The position numbers and the translations under genes were made by a program. DNA of 60,904 bases from Candidatus Coatesbacteria bacterium (GTDB lineage: Bacteria > RBG-13-66-14). The stretch covers positions 1 through 60,904 of the forward strand of contig WJLX01000079.1 of the NCBI GenBank assembly GCA_014728225.1, in the 5' to 3' direction. Of this stretch, positions 10,304 to 19,713 are shown piece by piece. The notes below the pieces were generated by a model. The model was not told the origin of the DNA. It saw only the letters and a program-made list of their open reading frames with translations, and did not search any database. The number at the start of each line of letters is the position of its first letter. The stretch's first letter is position 1.

Positions 10304-10396
10304 TGCGACTCCTCCCGCTGGATTGCCTTGTGCGTAACTAGGCGCTTGGACCGCTTTCGATTATAACAACAAACCGGGAGCCTGACAGCCCCCGGT
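10250..10396 (-). repeat. 147-bp direct repeat A: glgC promoter, SD and first codons
   Basis: Matches 13136-13282 with 11 mismatches and no gaps by manual alignment; contains TG-T-TATAAT extended -10 and GGGAGGAG SD on the minus strand. Confidence 0.92.
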
Positions 10397-10425
10397 TTCC
10401 TCTAGTGCCTTGCGCTTGATGAGTA

Positions 10426-10639
10426 ACGGCCCGGGCGAGACCTTTGAAAACAACCCATCGACCGCCTCGACGGTTCGAAGGCTCTCGCCGCCGGAACCGG
10501 CACGGTTTTTGCATCTCGGCGACCGTTACGAACGATGATAACGCTCGGCCTCCGCAAAAACCGTGCCGGTTCCGGCGGGGGTGCGGCCGCTGGTCACGGT
10601 TGGTGCTCGAGTTGTTTTCAAAGGTCTCGCCCGGGCCGT
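10426..10639. repeat. Nested-palindrome element, copy 2
   Basis: Perfect ~29-bp outer IR acggcccgggcgagacctttgaaaacaac; same conserved inner core as copy 1. Confidence 0.95.
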
Positions 10640-10642
10640 CGG

Positions 10643-10918
10643 TCAGTATTTGAGCGCCGCGCCTTCTTGTTGCTGGACGTGTTTGAAGAACTCGCATTTC
10701 GTCAGGCAGTGGCGCATTTTCTGCGCCCAGTTACCCTGGATGCGATCCTGGCAGAGGGTTCCCTCGACCATCCAGCAGTAGCGCCCGGCGTGCTGACCGT
10801 GGTTGTAACCGTCGAATTTCTGGTTGGTGAACACGGGGCAGACGCCGTACTCGCTTTCCCTGACTCCACCGGGTTGTCGGCCGCAGTCCATGTATTGCCA
10901 GCAGTTTTCCCTGGTCAT
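10643..10918 (-). CDS. Small Cys-rich two-CW-type domain protein
   Basis: NCWQYMDCGRQPGG...GVCP...GRYCWMVEGTLC...C..CEFF pattern; AGGAG SD. Confidence 0.8.
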   Translation of the reverse strand: MTRENCWQYMDCGRQPGGVRESEYGVCPVFTNQKFDGYNHGQHAGRYCWMVEGTLCQDRIQGNWAQKMRHCLTKCEFFKHVQQQEGAALKY

Positions 10919-11149
10919 AGTACAAGGCTCCTGATAATGGTCGAATTCATTATATCACGAAATAAGGATATTCTACTCATACAATACGGTATTTATCCGT
11001 TAAGGCGGGGACAGCCGTAGGTTATGGTGCGCGCGGGGGAACCGCTGTCTCGGCGGTGCTCGGTGTGTCGGGGTTGGTGACGGCCGGGTTGGTGGTTGTC
11101 GGTGGGGTGGATTTGGCCCAATGGCCCCAGCTGGTTGCTCATAGGCCGC

Positions 11150-13092
11150 TCACTGCATATAGCCCACGGCGCGGAGCTGCTCGAGCTGGGCTTCATCGTA
11201 GTAGCCCCAGGCCACATTGGTACCGTAGTGCTCGGCCAGGGGCGGGAGAGCGTCGCGGTGTTCGTCTATCTGTTCGGCCAGCCCCGCGGCCGGGGCGGGA
11301 TGCTCGGCGGCGACGTCGTCGGGCCGGGCGTAATAGTCGAGATACAGCTCGGGCGGCGTTCCGGCGTCGCGATCGAGGAACAGCCCGGCGTTGGCGCCGG
11401 ACTCGATCCGACGGAAGATCCAGTCGGAGTGGGCGGCGAAGCCGGACAGGTTGTTGCAGCGCTGGGCGTCACGGCACGGTCGGGGTCGGGGTCGTCGAGG
11501 AGGGAGACGCCGTTGAGTAGGTCCGGATCATAGTCCAGGCCGAGGGCCTCCAGAACGGTGGGGTGGAGGTCGCAGAGGGAGACGGGTGCCGCGACGCGGC
11601 GGCCGCCCTCGAGGCGTTCGGGCCAGTAGACGACCAGGGGCACGTGGGTCAGCTCGGGGTGGAGGTTGAGGCCGCCGTGGAGGTAATCGCCGTGCTCGGC
11701 GAACTCCTCGCCGTGGTCGCCGTTGAAGACGAGGGCGGTGTTGTCCCACAGGTTGCGGGCCTCGAAGATGTCGAGGATCCGCCCCAGGTAATCGTCGACG
11801 ACGCGGGCTTCGCCCTCGTAGAGGCGTTGGAGCTGGGCGGTTTCAGCCGGGGTGATGTTTCCAGCGACAATCTCAGCAGCGGTGAAGGCGAAGCTGTCGC
11901 GCTCGAAACGGCCCTCGTAGTCGTTTTGCGGGCGGTACTCCTCCGGCGGGACGTAGGGGTCGTCGACGTCGAAGAGGTGGATGTAGACCAGGTCGCCGCC
12001 GCTGGGGTTGAGGTTCTCTACCAGCTCGAGGCCCAGCTCGGGGACCAGCCGTCAGGTGTGATCGTAGAAGATCTTGTTGAGTCGCAGGGCCAGCTCGAAG
12101 GACCAGTCGAGGTACAGCGGTCCCCAGCGGTACTCGAGGAAGCCGCCGCCGAAGACCAGCTCGCAGCGCAGGGCGTAGTAGTCGAAGCCGGACTTGAGGC
12201 CGCTGTTGTTGGTGAAGATGTTGTTGGCGATCGCCGCCCGGGTGCGCCAGCCGTGGTCCCGCAGGATCACCGGCAGATAGGGCACGCCCCCGCGCAGCCC
12301 GGCGCTGGAGTCCATGCCGTTGACTGCGGGCTCCAGCCCGGAGAACAGCGCCGTCACCGCCGGAACGGTCCAGTTGCTGGGCGAGTAGCAGTTGTCGTAG
12401 GTCATGCCGCGGCGGGCCAGGCGTTCGAGGTTGGGCGTGGGGACGGGTCCGCCGTAAAGGGCGTTGACGTCGGCGCGGTGGGCGTCGGAGAGGACGATGA
12501 CGACGTTGACCGGGGCGGCGGGTTCGGGGTTGACGGAGAGGGAGGGCGGCTCGACGGGTAGGAGGAAGATCAGCGCCAGCCAGAGCGCCGCGCCGCCGGC
12601 CGGGACCCAACCGCAGATGCGAGCCAGTTCGAGGACCAGCTCCCGACGTTTGAACCAGCCCCAGACCAGCAGGGCGCCCAGCCCCAGGGTCGCCAGATAG
12701 GATAGGGCGGCGGTCAGGGAGTGGAAGATATTCAAATCGGCCCGCAGTCCCAGCAGGGCCGTCGCGGCGGCGGCCACGGGCACGACGCCCCAGCGCAGCC
12801 GGCGCTCCTCGTCCAACCTGAGCAGCCGGGTCAGGCCGATGTAGAGGACGACGAGGGGCAGGCAGACCAGCAGGGCCGTGAGGGGAAAGAGGACCAGGGC
12901 GCCGGAGAGCCAGCGCAGCAGCTCGTGGAAGCCGACCCCGGCGTAGAACCACGAGGGCGGCTCACCGTGGAGCAGCAGGTAGCCGCCGCTGAACAGCAGC
13001 AGGTAGGCGTAGGCGGCGGGCAGCGCCGCGGTGATCAGGCGTCGGCACTCCTTGATGAAGCCGGTCCGGGGGTGCCCATTGGTCTCGTTCAT
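11150..13092 (-). pseudogene. Sulfatase-like (alkaline phosphatase superfamily) membrane protein, disrupted
   Basis: N-terminal TM helices; VLSDAHRAD, SNWTVPAVTALFSG, HLFDVDDPY, GDHGEEF..HG, C-terminal EQLRAVGY. In-frame TGA at 12052-12054 and a 1-nt frameshift near 11470. Confidence 0.85.
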
Positions 13093-13129
13093 AAAGGACG
13101 GGAAACGGTGGGAACTGGTCGTTCGGGGT

Positions 13130-13189
13130 TCAGCCGCCGAGGCGGTTGCCCCGGCCCCCGGCGAGGATGACGGCCATGGTTCGCTGCAC
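13130..13189 (-). pseudogene. Truncated duplicate of the glgC 5' end (19 codons)
   Basis: [19 protein letters not shown] matches the start of glgC, then stops. Confidence 0.88.
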
Positions 13190-13282
13190 CGCGACTCCTC
13201 CCGCTGGATTACCTCGTGCGTAACTCGGCGCTTGGAGCGCTTGCGATTATCACAACAATCCGGGGGCCTGACAGCCCCCGGT
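13136..13282 (-). repeat. 147-bp direct repeat B (copy of glgC upstream region)
   Basis: About 92% identical to 10250-10396; the -10 reads GATAAT instead of TATAAT. Confidence 0.92.
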
Positions 13283-13432
13283 GGGAGGATACTCCACGAC
13301 AGGTCTATTCGGTTCGTTGTATCGGACCCGACTTGTCAGGCGGCACTGATTAGAGTTAGCGACAGTTCATCTCGAACCACTTTTGTCGAAAAGACAGCCA
13401 GAGGCTCACAACCCAGAAACGCTATGGATGAG

Positions 13433-14020
13433 ATGAAGAAGTTGCTGCTAGTTATGATTGTCTTGATCGTGCCGACCCTTGTCGGTTGCGGTGACGGCAC
13501 CGCCGAAGAAGCCGCTGCATCTGCCGAGAACCCGGAAGACAATACCGAAGAGATCGCGGGGACTGAGGAGAAGGCCGTTCCCGACTACGACGGACCTGAT
13601 TTCTACACCCTGGAAGTTGGAAACGAATGGCCCTATTATCACATCTCTTTCGGTTCCGAGAGTCACTCCTTCACCGATGAAGTGTACAACGAGAAGGAAG
13701 GGGTGTATTACATCAGGCGCACCTGGAGTCACGGATCAGAAAGCATCACCAAGCTGGAGAAAGAAGGTCCATACGTATATGAGATTGATAGGGATCAACG
13801 TGAACTGATCCTGGATATGTCCGCTGAGTTTGGTGATTTCTGGGGCGATTACGAGCTTCTTGATGATAACTACACTTGGACATACAGGGGTGATGAGATC
13901 GAAGGCTGCTTTGTTGTTGCCAATGGTTATAATGAGGAAGTCGTCTATGCCCCAGGAGTTGGACCTGTTCGCATAACGACACTCGTCGACCCCGACAATT
14001 TGAAGCGCAAGCAGCAGTAA
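13433..14020 (+). CDS. Acidic hypothetical lipoprotein
   Basis: MKKLLLVMIVLIVPTLVGC lipobox; lower GC than flanks. The longer ORF-track start (13031) overlaps repeat B and is unlikely. Confidence 0.75.
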   Translation: MKKLLLVMIVLIVPTLVGCGDGTAEEAAASAENPEDNTEEIAGTEEKAVPDYDGPDFYTLEVGNEWPYYHISFGSESHSFTDEVYNEKEGVYYIRRTWSHGSESITKLEKEGPYVYEIDRDQRELILDMSAEFGDFWGDYELLDDNYTWTYRGDEIEGCFVVANGYNEEVVYAPGVGPVRITTLVDPDNLKRKQQ

Positions 14021-14057
14021 CTCCCCGAAACCAGGACCCGCAGATGGTCGTTGAGTT

Positions 14058-14087
14058 AACAGGTCGGGTCAAGTGACCCGACCTGTT
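14058..14087. repeat. REP-like palindrome or terminator between convergent genes
   Basis: aacaggtcgggtca-ag-tgacccgacctgtt, 14-bp perfect stem. Confidence 0.65.
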
Positions 14088-14137
14088 CTCCAGCAGTGTG
14101 CCATCACGAAGACAGAGCTAGCCGCTTGCCATCGCCA

Positions 14138-15058
14138 TCACCCCAGCTCTTCCAGCTCGGTCAACGCCGCGCCGTGCTTGAGGTCGTAGTCGCTGACCAG
14201 CAGGGAGTCGCAGTTCAGCCGCTCCAGGACCTCGAGGACGACGGCGGTGCCGGCGACGATGATCTCGGCGCGGCGGGGCTCCAGGGCCAGCATCCGGCGG
14301 CGCTCGGCCAGCGTCTGTCCGGCCAGCTCGTCGAGGCGCCGTTCGAGGTCGGTACGTTCGAGGCGCGCACCCTGAACCAGCAGGGGCCGGTAATCGTCCA
14401 AACCCAGTTCGAGGGCCGCCAGAGTGGTTACGGTGCCGCCGGCGGCCGCGGCGGCGAGAGCGCCGGGAAGCTCGACGGCGCCCAACAGGCCGCGCAGGCG
14501 GTTGCGCAGAGCGGTCAGCTCCTCGAAGGTCGGTGGGTCAGCGGCCAGGAACTCGTCGGTCAAGCCGACGGCCCCCAGGGCCAGGGAGCGGTTGCGCAGC
14601 CCGCCGTCGCTCCACCAGGACAGCTCCGTCGAGCCGCCGCCGACGTCGAAACAGCAGTACTCCCGGCCGTCGAGCTTCAGGTTGCGCAGCCCCTCCTCGA
14701 CGCCCACCCGGGTGAGGAAGGCCTCCTCGGATCCGCTGAGGATGTGCAGGCGCAGGCCGTGGCGCTGTTTCAACGCCTCGACCAGCTTCCCGACACCCCC
14801 GAGGCGGCGGGCGAAGTGAGTGGCGCAGGCTTTGATCACCTCGGCGCCGTGCCGTTCGCCCCAGTCGAGGGCCCGCGCCGTGGCCGCCAACGCCGCTTGC
14901 AGCGCCTCGTCGTCGATAGCACCGTCACGGCTCCCACCCAGCCGGGTGGTCCGGCCCCCGATCGCCAGGGGGGCCAGGGGTCCGCCGGGCAGGACGTCGG
15001 CCAGCAGCCAACGCAGGGAGTTGGAGCCGTAATCGAGGACGAGGACGCGCCGGCTCAC
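14138..15058 (-). CDS. Ppx/GppA family phosphatase (short form, no HD domain)
   Basis: LDYGSNSLR, RTTRLG, LSGSEEAFL, FDVGGGSTE, AGGTVTTL, RAEIIVAG motifs. Confidence 0.92.
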   Translation of the reverse strand: MSRRVLVLDYGSNSLRWLLADVLPGGPLAPLAIGGRTTRLGGSRDGAIDDEALQAALAATARALDWGERHGAEVIKACATHFARRLGGVGKLVEALKQRHGLRLHILSGSEEAFLTRVGVEEGLRNLKLDGREYCCFDVGGGSTELSWWSDGGLRNRSLALGAVGLTDEFLAADPPTFEELTALRNRLRGLLGAVELPGALAAAAAGGTVTTLAALELGLDDYRPLLVQGARLERTDLERRLDELAGQTLAERRRMLALEPRRAEIIVAGTAVVLEVLERLNCDSLLVSDYDLKHGAALTELEELG

Positions 15059-16029
15059 TCCGGACCGCCCTTCTCCAGCCGCGGCAGACTGGTGCCCGGC
15101 CGGGCGACGACGTCGGCGGCGGCGCGGGAGGCCAGCTCGACGGCGCCCGTCGGGTTCAGCCCGGCGGCCAGGGCCAGCCCCAGGGCGGCGCTGACCGTAT
15201 CACCGGCGCCGGTGGCATCCACCACCCGCCGCGGCGCACAGAGGGCCTCGCGGCGCAGGCGGCCGTCGGCATGGTATAAGTCCATCCCCAACCGGCCCCG
15301 GGTGACGCAGAGCCAATCCAGACCCAACTCCCGGCGGCAGCCCGCGGCCTTGTCGGCCAGGGAGGCCGTCCCCCCGGAACCGCACCGCCACCACAGCTCC
15401 ACCTCGCGCCGGTTGGGCTTCAGGCAGGCCGCCCCGGCGAAGCGTCCCAGATCATCCCGGGTGTCGGCCAGCCAGGGTTTGTTGATTGAGCGGACGGTCT
15501 CGAGCAACCGGTCGTCGACGACGCCGTTGCCGTAATCGGAGACCACCACGGCGGCGCAGTCGGCGCCCGCCTCGACGATCAGCCCGCGCAGCCGCTCGAT
15601 GACGTCGTCGGCGAGGGGCCCGCGCCGCTCACGATAACTGTGGAAGACGTGCTGCTCGTCGGGGGCCGTGGCCACCAGCTTCAGTTTGGCCGTCGTCGGC
15701 CGTTCGGCGAGTTCGAGCACCCCGCCGGTGTCGACGCCCAGCTCACCGAGCAGCGCGTTGAGCCGACGCCCCTCCCCGTCCGCTCCCAAAACGGCGACGA
15801 CACGAACCTCGCCGCCCAGGACGGCGGCGTTGGCGGCCACGTTGGCGGCCTGGCCCGGAGCGATCAGCCGCTCGGCCTCGTCGAGGCAGGCCACCGGTGC
15901 TTCCTTGGCGATGGCCGTGACAGCGCCGTAGCGGTACTCATCCAGGCAGAGGTCGCCGACGACCAGCAGGGATCGCCCGCGCACGGCTCGCAACAGGGCC
16001 TCGATCTCGGACGGGGATGTATCAGGCAT
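15055..16029 (-). CDS. PfkB-family kinase, RfaE/HldE domain I-like (heptose-7-phosphate kinase-like)
   Basis: LVVGDLCLDEY, PGQAANVAAN, VVSDYGNG, LKPNRRE, DATGAGDTV; overlaps the Ppx gene by 4 nt. Confidence 0.85.
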   Translation of the reverse strand: MPDTSPSEIEALLRAVRGRSLLVVGDLCLDEYRYGAVTAIAKEAPVACLDEAERLIAPGQAANVAANAAVLGGEVRVVAVLGADGEGRRLNALLGELGVDTGGVLELAERPTTAKLKLVATAPDEQHVFHSYRERRGPLADDVIERLRGLIVEAGADCAAVVVSDYGNGVVDDRLLETVRSINKPWLADTRDDLGRFAGAACLKPNRREVELWWRCGSGGTASLADKAAGCRRELGLDWLCVTRGRLGMDLYHADGRLRREALCAPRRVVDATGAGDTVSAALGLALAAGLNPTGAVELASRAAADVVARPGTSLPRLEKGGPE

Positions 16030-16035
16030 GGGACG

Positions 16036-16102
16036 ATTATAGAGCCCCGGCGGGGTGCGAGTAAAGGGCGCGTTGACTTGAAAGCCCGCGGGTGCTAGGA
16101 TG
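16036..16102. promoter_or_regulatory. Divergent sigma70-type promoters
   Basis: Plus strand TTGACT-17-TAGGAT with TG extension; minus strand TATAAT 6 nt upstream of the kinase ATG. Confidence 0.65.
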
Positions 16103-16153
16103 CGGGCGCCGCCCACCGGGCGGTCTAAGCCAAAAGCCCGCCTCCCGGAGCCA

Positions 16154-17068
16154 ATGGTGAACTGCAAACTGCTCAGCGAAACCCTGCGGGCGCCCTTCTT
16201 CACCGCCACGCTGTCGACGGTCCTGGTGGGCAACCTGGCCGGCTTCGCCCATACCGGACGCCTGGACCCGCTGATGCTGGTGCTCTCCCTGGCGGCGATG
16301 CTCTTCGTTCACGCCGGCGCCAACACCGCCAACGACTACTTCGACGCCGCCACGGGCAACGACGACGTCAACCCCTACCACACGCCCTTCAACGGTGGCT
16401 CCCGGGTCATCCAGGACGGCCGGGTCAGTCGCCGGACCGTTGGTCTGATCTCCCTGGTCAGCTTCCTGGCCGCTACCGGTCTGGGCCTCGTCATCTGGCT
16501 GCTGACGCCGGGAAACCTGATCCTCTGGCTCGGCCTGTTCGGCGTCCTGACCGGCGCCGCCTACACCGCTCCACCACTGCGCTTGGGGTATCGCGGCCTC
16601 GGCGAAGCCGTCATCGCCCTCGATTTCGGCCTGCTGCCCGTCGTGGGCGGCTTCTACGTCCAGACCGGCGCCTACCACCCCGCCGCCCTCTACGCCGGGA
16701 TCACCCCCAGCCTGCTGATCCTGGCCGTCATCTGGATCAACCAGTTCCCCGACTACCAGGCCGACGCCGCCGTCGGCAAGCGCACCCTCGTCGTCAGACT
16801 GGGACGGCGACGCTCGCGCTGGATCTTCGCCGCCCTGCTGACCGGCGTGTACCTGGCCTCGCTGATGCTTACCCTCCTCGACCGGGCACCCTGGTGGACA
16901 CTCCTCGTCTGGACCACCCTGCCGCTGGCCGTCGGCGCCCTGCGCATCGCCTGGCGACGCTACGACGAACCCCTGGAACTCATTCCCGCCGAGGGCAAGA
17001 CCGTCCAGCTCCAGCTCTTCGGTAACCTGGCCCTGGCCGCCGGTTACCTGCTCGCGGGGCTGAGCTGA
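16154..17068 (+). CDS. menA: 1,4-dihydroxy-2-naphthoate polyprenyltransferase-like (UbiA family)
   Basis: LRAPFFTA, ANTANDYFD, YTAPPLRLGYRGLGE, INQFPDYQADAAVGKRTL; multiple TM helices. Confidence 0.85.
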   Translation: MVNCKLLSETLRAPFFTATLSTVLVGNLAGFAHTGRLDPLMLVLSLAAMLFVHAGANTANDYFDAATGNDDVNPYHTPFNGGSRVIQDGRVSRRTVGLISLVSFLAATGLGLVIWLLTPGNLILWLGLFGVLTGAAYTAPPLRLGYRGLGEAVIALDFGLLPVVGGFYVQTGAYHPAALYAGITPSLLILAVIWINQFPDYQADAAVGKRTLVVRLGRRRSRWIFAALLTGVYLASLMLTLLDRAPWWTLLVWTTLPLAVGALRIAWRRYDEPLELIPAEGKTVQLQLFGNLALAAGYLLAGLS

Positions 17069-17076
17069 CGGGTGAA

Positions 17077-17136
17077 CCCGTTGAATAACCGCCGCGGACG
17101 CTACGACGGCTCGCCCGAGGTAGGTTTCTCAACGGG
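17077..17136. repeat. Possible core-less relative of the nested-palindrome element (outer arms only)
   Basis: cccgttgaataacc / ggtttctcaacggg pair 12/14 and resemble the copy 7 arms (ccgttgaaaaacagcc). Confidence 0.4.
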
Positions 17137-17237
17137 CTCCTAACCGGCTTCGGGGGAAGCCCCCTGTGAGAAGTGCTATAATAACCCGTACCGACCCTTA
17201 ACACCATCAGCCCCAGCACACTCGAAACGGTTGAACG

Positions 17238-18275
17238 ATGGTCTTCGAAGCCCTCAACAGCTACCTGGCCGTGGATCTGACCCGGGTCGTCGAACGGATG
17301 GGCGAGATCGTCACCGAGGGCTGGGCGGAGGAGACCGAGCTGCTCGACGGCCTGGCGGCGATCCCCGGCGCTGAGAGCCTGGGCATCCGGCGCACGGTGC
17401 GCAGCCTGATCGAGGCCGGAGGCAAGCGCCTGCGGGCCGCCACGGCCCTGCTGGCGGCCCGGGGGCGGGGAGACGCACCGGCCGGCGAGCAGGCCGTCGA
17501 ACTGGGCGCCGTCGTAGAACTCCTCCACCTGGCCACACTGATCCACGACGACGTCATCGACCGCTCGGCCCTGCGGCGCGGCACGGCCACCCTGCATACC
17601 GTCGTCGGCGAGCCCGTGGCCGTCCTGGCCGGCGACCATCTCTATTCTCACGCCCTCTGGGACCTGTTGCGCCTGGTGCCGCGGCTGAATATCGTGCGGC
17701 GCTTGGCGCGCACCGTCGACGTCCTCTGCCGGGGCGAGATCCTGCAGAACCGCCTGGCCCGCAGCGGCGACGCCGGGTGGAAGCCGCCAGACGAGGACCA
17801 GTACCTACAGATCATCGGCCGCAAGACCGCCGATTTCATCGCCGCCTGCGGTGAGACCGGCGCCCTGCTGGCCGAAGAGCCGGAGCTGGTCGAACCGTTG
17901 AGCCGCTACGGTTACGCCCTGGGCCTGGCCTTCCAGATCACCGACGACCTGCTGGACTACACCGGCGCCAGCCGCCGCACAGGTAAGGAGGTCGGCAACG
18001 ACTGGGAGCTGGGCCGCTTGACCCTGCCGCTGATCCACGCCCTCCACGATCCCACACATCACGAGCGTTTGAGCGTCCTGCTGGACCGCGACGACGACGA
18101 CGCCCGCGCCGAGACCATGGCCTTGCTGCACCGGGCCGGCTCCCTGACTTACGCACAGCGGCGGGCCGCCGACTTCGTCGAGCAGGCTCGGGACGCCGTC
18201 GCCGACTATCCCAACCAGCGGGTTGCCGAGGTGCTGCGCCGTACCGCCAACGACGTCCTCGAGCGCCGGTGCTGA
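17238..18275 (+). CDS. Long-chain polyprenyl diphosphate synthase
   Basis: GGKRLR, ELLHLATLIHDDVID..RRG, GDHL, KTA, FQITDDLLD motifs; TG-C-TATAAT upstream. Confidence 0.93.
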   Translation: MVFEALNSYLAVDLTRVVERMGEIVTEGWAEETELLDGLAAIPGAESLGIRRTVRSLIEAGGKRLRAATALLAARGRGDAPAGEQAVELGAVVELLHLATLIHDDVIDRSALRRGTATLHTVVGEPVAVLAGDHLYSHALWDLLRLVPRLNIVRRLARTVDVLCRGEILQNRLARSGDAGWKPPDEDQYLQIIGRKTADFIAACGETGALLAEEPELVEPLSRYGYALGLAFQITDDLLDYTGASRRTGKEVGNDWELGRLTLPLIHALHDPTHHERLSVLLDRDDDDARAETMALLHRAGSLTYAQRRAADFVEQARDAVADYPNQRVAEVLRRTANDVLERRC

Positions 18276-18301
18276 ACACCACGAACCAAAACGATATTAT
18301 T

Positions 18302-18329
18302 ATCGGGAGGATCCGTCGATCCTCCCGAT
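18302..18329. terminator. Hairpin, terminator candidate
   Basis: atcgggaggatc-cgtc-gatcctcccgat, 12-bp stem downstream of the prenyl synthase. Confidence 0.6.
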
Positions 18330-18351
18330 TTCGACTTTCGCGGCCGCCTGA

Positions 18352-18555
18352 GGCGGCGACCTCTGAAAAACAGCCGGCGCGAAAGCCACTGAACCACGGC
18401 ACCACAGCGCGTCGGAACTGGCACGGTTTTTGCATCTCGACGACCGTTACGAGCGACGATAACGGTTCGCCTCCGCAAAAACCGTGCCAGTTCCGACGCT
18501 TTCCCGTTTCGGCTGTGTGGTGATTTTTCGGGGCTGTTTTTCAGAGGTCGCCGCC
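18352..18555. repeat. Nested-palindrome element, copy 3
   Basis: Outer IR ggcggcgacctctgaaaaacagcc; inner IR gcgtcggaactggcacggtttttgc with compensatory changes in the partner arm; overlaps the selA stop codon. Confidence 0.95.
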
Positions 18556-19698
18556 GGTCATGATCCCTCGGGCGATTTGGCACAGCGTTTCGTCGTTCTC
18601 CGGCGGAAGTGAACGCAGGTCCAGCAGCAGTCGGTCGTCGACCACCCTGCCGTAGACGCCGGCCCGGCGGCAGCGTCGCGCCAGCTCTCGGGCGTTCGGT
18701 TGGGCCTGCTCGATCAGTAATCCGGCACCGGGAAAATCGACCAGGGGCAGGGCGCCGGAACCGGCCCGGCCGACGGTGTTCGTCACCTCGATGGTAACGC
18801 CGGGCAAAGAGCTTTCCCGCAGCTTACGGCTCAGCAGTTCGGCCCGCCGGTGCAGCTCCTCCGCCGGGGTGCCGAGCAGGCGCAGGGTGGGCAGCTCGTC
18901 TTGCCGTCCGGCGAGGTAGAGCTCGAGCAGCGCCGCCAGACCGGCCAGCATGGTCTTGTCGAGGCGGGCCGCCCGGGCCAGGGGATGGTGGATGCAGCGC
19001 TCGACGAGCTCCCGTCGTCCGACGATCAGCCCGGCCTGGGGACCACCGAAGAGCTTGTCGCCGGAGAAACAGACCAGGTCCGCGCCGTCGGCCAGGGCCC
19101 CGCGGACCGTCGAGGCCGTCCCCGACCAGGGCGTCGACTCCAGCAGGCCGGAGCCCTGATCGTAGATCAGCGGCAGTCTGTGCTCGTGGGCCACAGCGGC
19201 CAGCTCGGCCAGATTCGGCTCGCGATAGTTACCCTCGAGGCGGAAGTTAGAGCGATGGGCGGCGAAGATCGCCCCCGTGCTCGTGTCGACGGCCCGGACG
19301 TAGTCCTCGACGGTGGTTCGATTGACGCTGCCCACTTCGACCAGACCGCAGCCCGAGCGGGCCATCACCGCCGGCATCTCGAAGGAGCCGCCGATGGCCA
19401 CCAGGCGCGAGACGCCGACGACGGCGTTCTTCGGTGCGCAGCAGGCCGCCAGACAGATCAGCGTCGCCGCTGCGTTGTTGTTGAAGGCGCAGCCGGGTTG
19501 ACCGAGCAGTCTCTCCAGCCGCCGACCGACGACGTCCTGACGTTGACCGCGCCGACCGCTGTCGGGCTCGATCTCCACCGTGGCCGCGCCCGCCGCGGCC
19601 CGCATGGCTGCTGCGACCTCGGGATGCAGCGGCGCCCGTCCCAGGCCGGTGTGCAGCACCACGCCGGTGCAGTTCAATACCGGAGCGACCTCGTTCAC
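18541..19698 (-). CDS. selA: L-seryl-tRNA(Sec) selenium transferase, N-terminally short
   Basis: VLNCTGVVLHTGLGRAP, NNNAAA, IGGSFEMP, LVEVGSVNRT, HRSNF, DLVCFSGDKLFGGPQAG (PLP lysine). Confidence 0.9.
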   Translation of the reverse strand: MNEVAPVLNCTGVVLHTGLGRAPLHPEVAAAMRAAAGAATVEIEPDSGRRGQRQDVVGRRLERLLGQPGCAFNNNAAATLICLAACCAPKNAVVGVSRLVAIGGSFEMPAVMARSGCGLVEVGSVNRTTVEDYVRAVDTSTGAIFAAHRSNFRLEGNYREPNLAELAAVAHEHRLPLIYDQGSGLLESTPWSGTASTVRGALADGADLVCFSGDKLFGGPQAGLIVGRRELVERCIHHPLARAARLDKTMLAGLAALLELYLAGRQDELPTLRLLGTPAEELHRRAELLSRKLRESSLPGVTIEVTNTVGRAGSGALPLVDFPGAGLLIEQAQPNARELARRCRRAGVYGRVVDDRLLLDLRSLPPENDETLCQIARGIMTGGDL

Positions 19699-19713
19699 GA
19701 TCAGACCTCATTC

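Noticed and set aside
12052-12054. In-frame TGA in the sulfatase-like gene as selenocysteine (selA is nearby, and a small hairpin follows)
   Set aside because: The position is not a catalytic Cys site, the hairpin is weak, and the gene has a second independent lesion (frameshift near 11470), so pseudogenisation is simpler.
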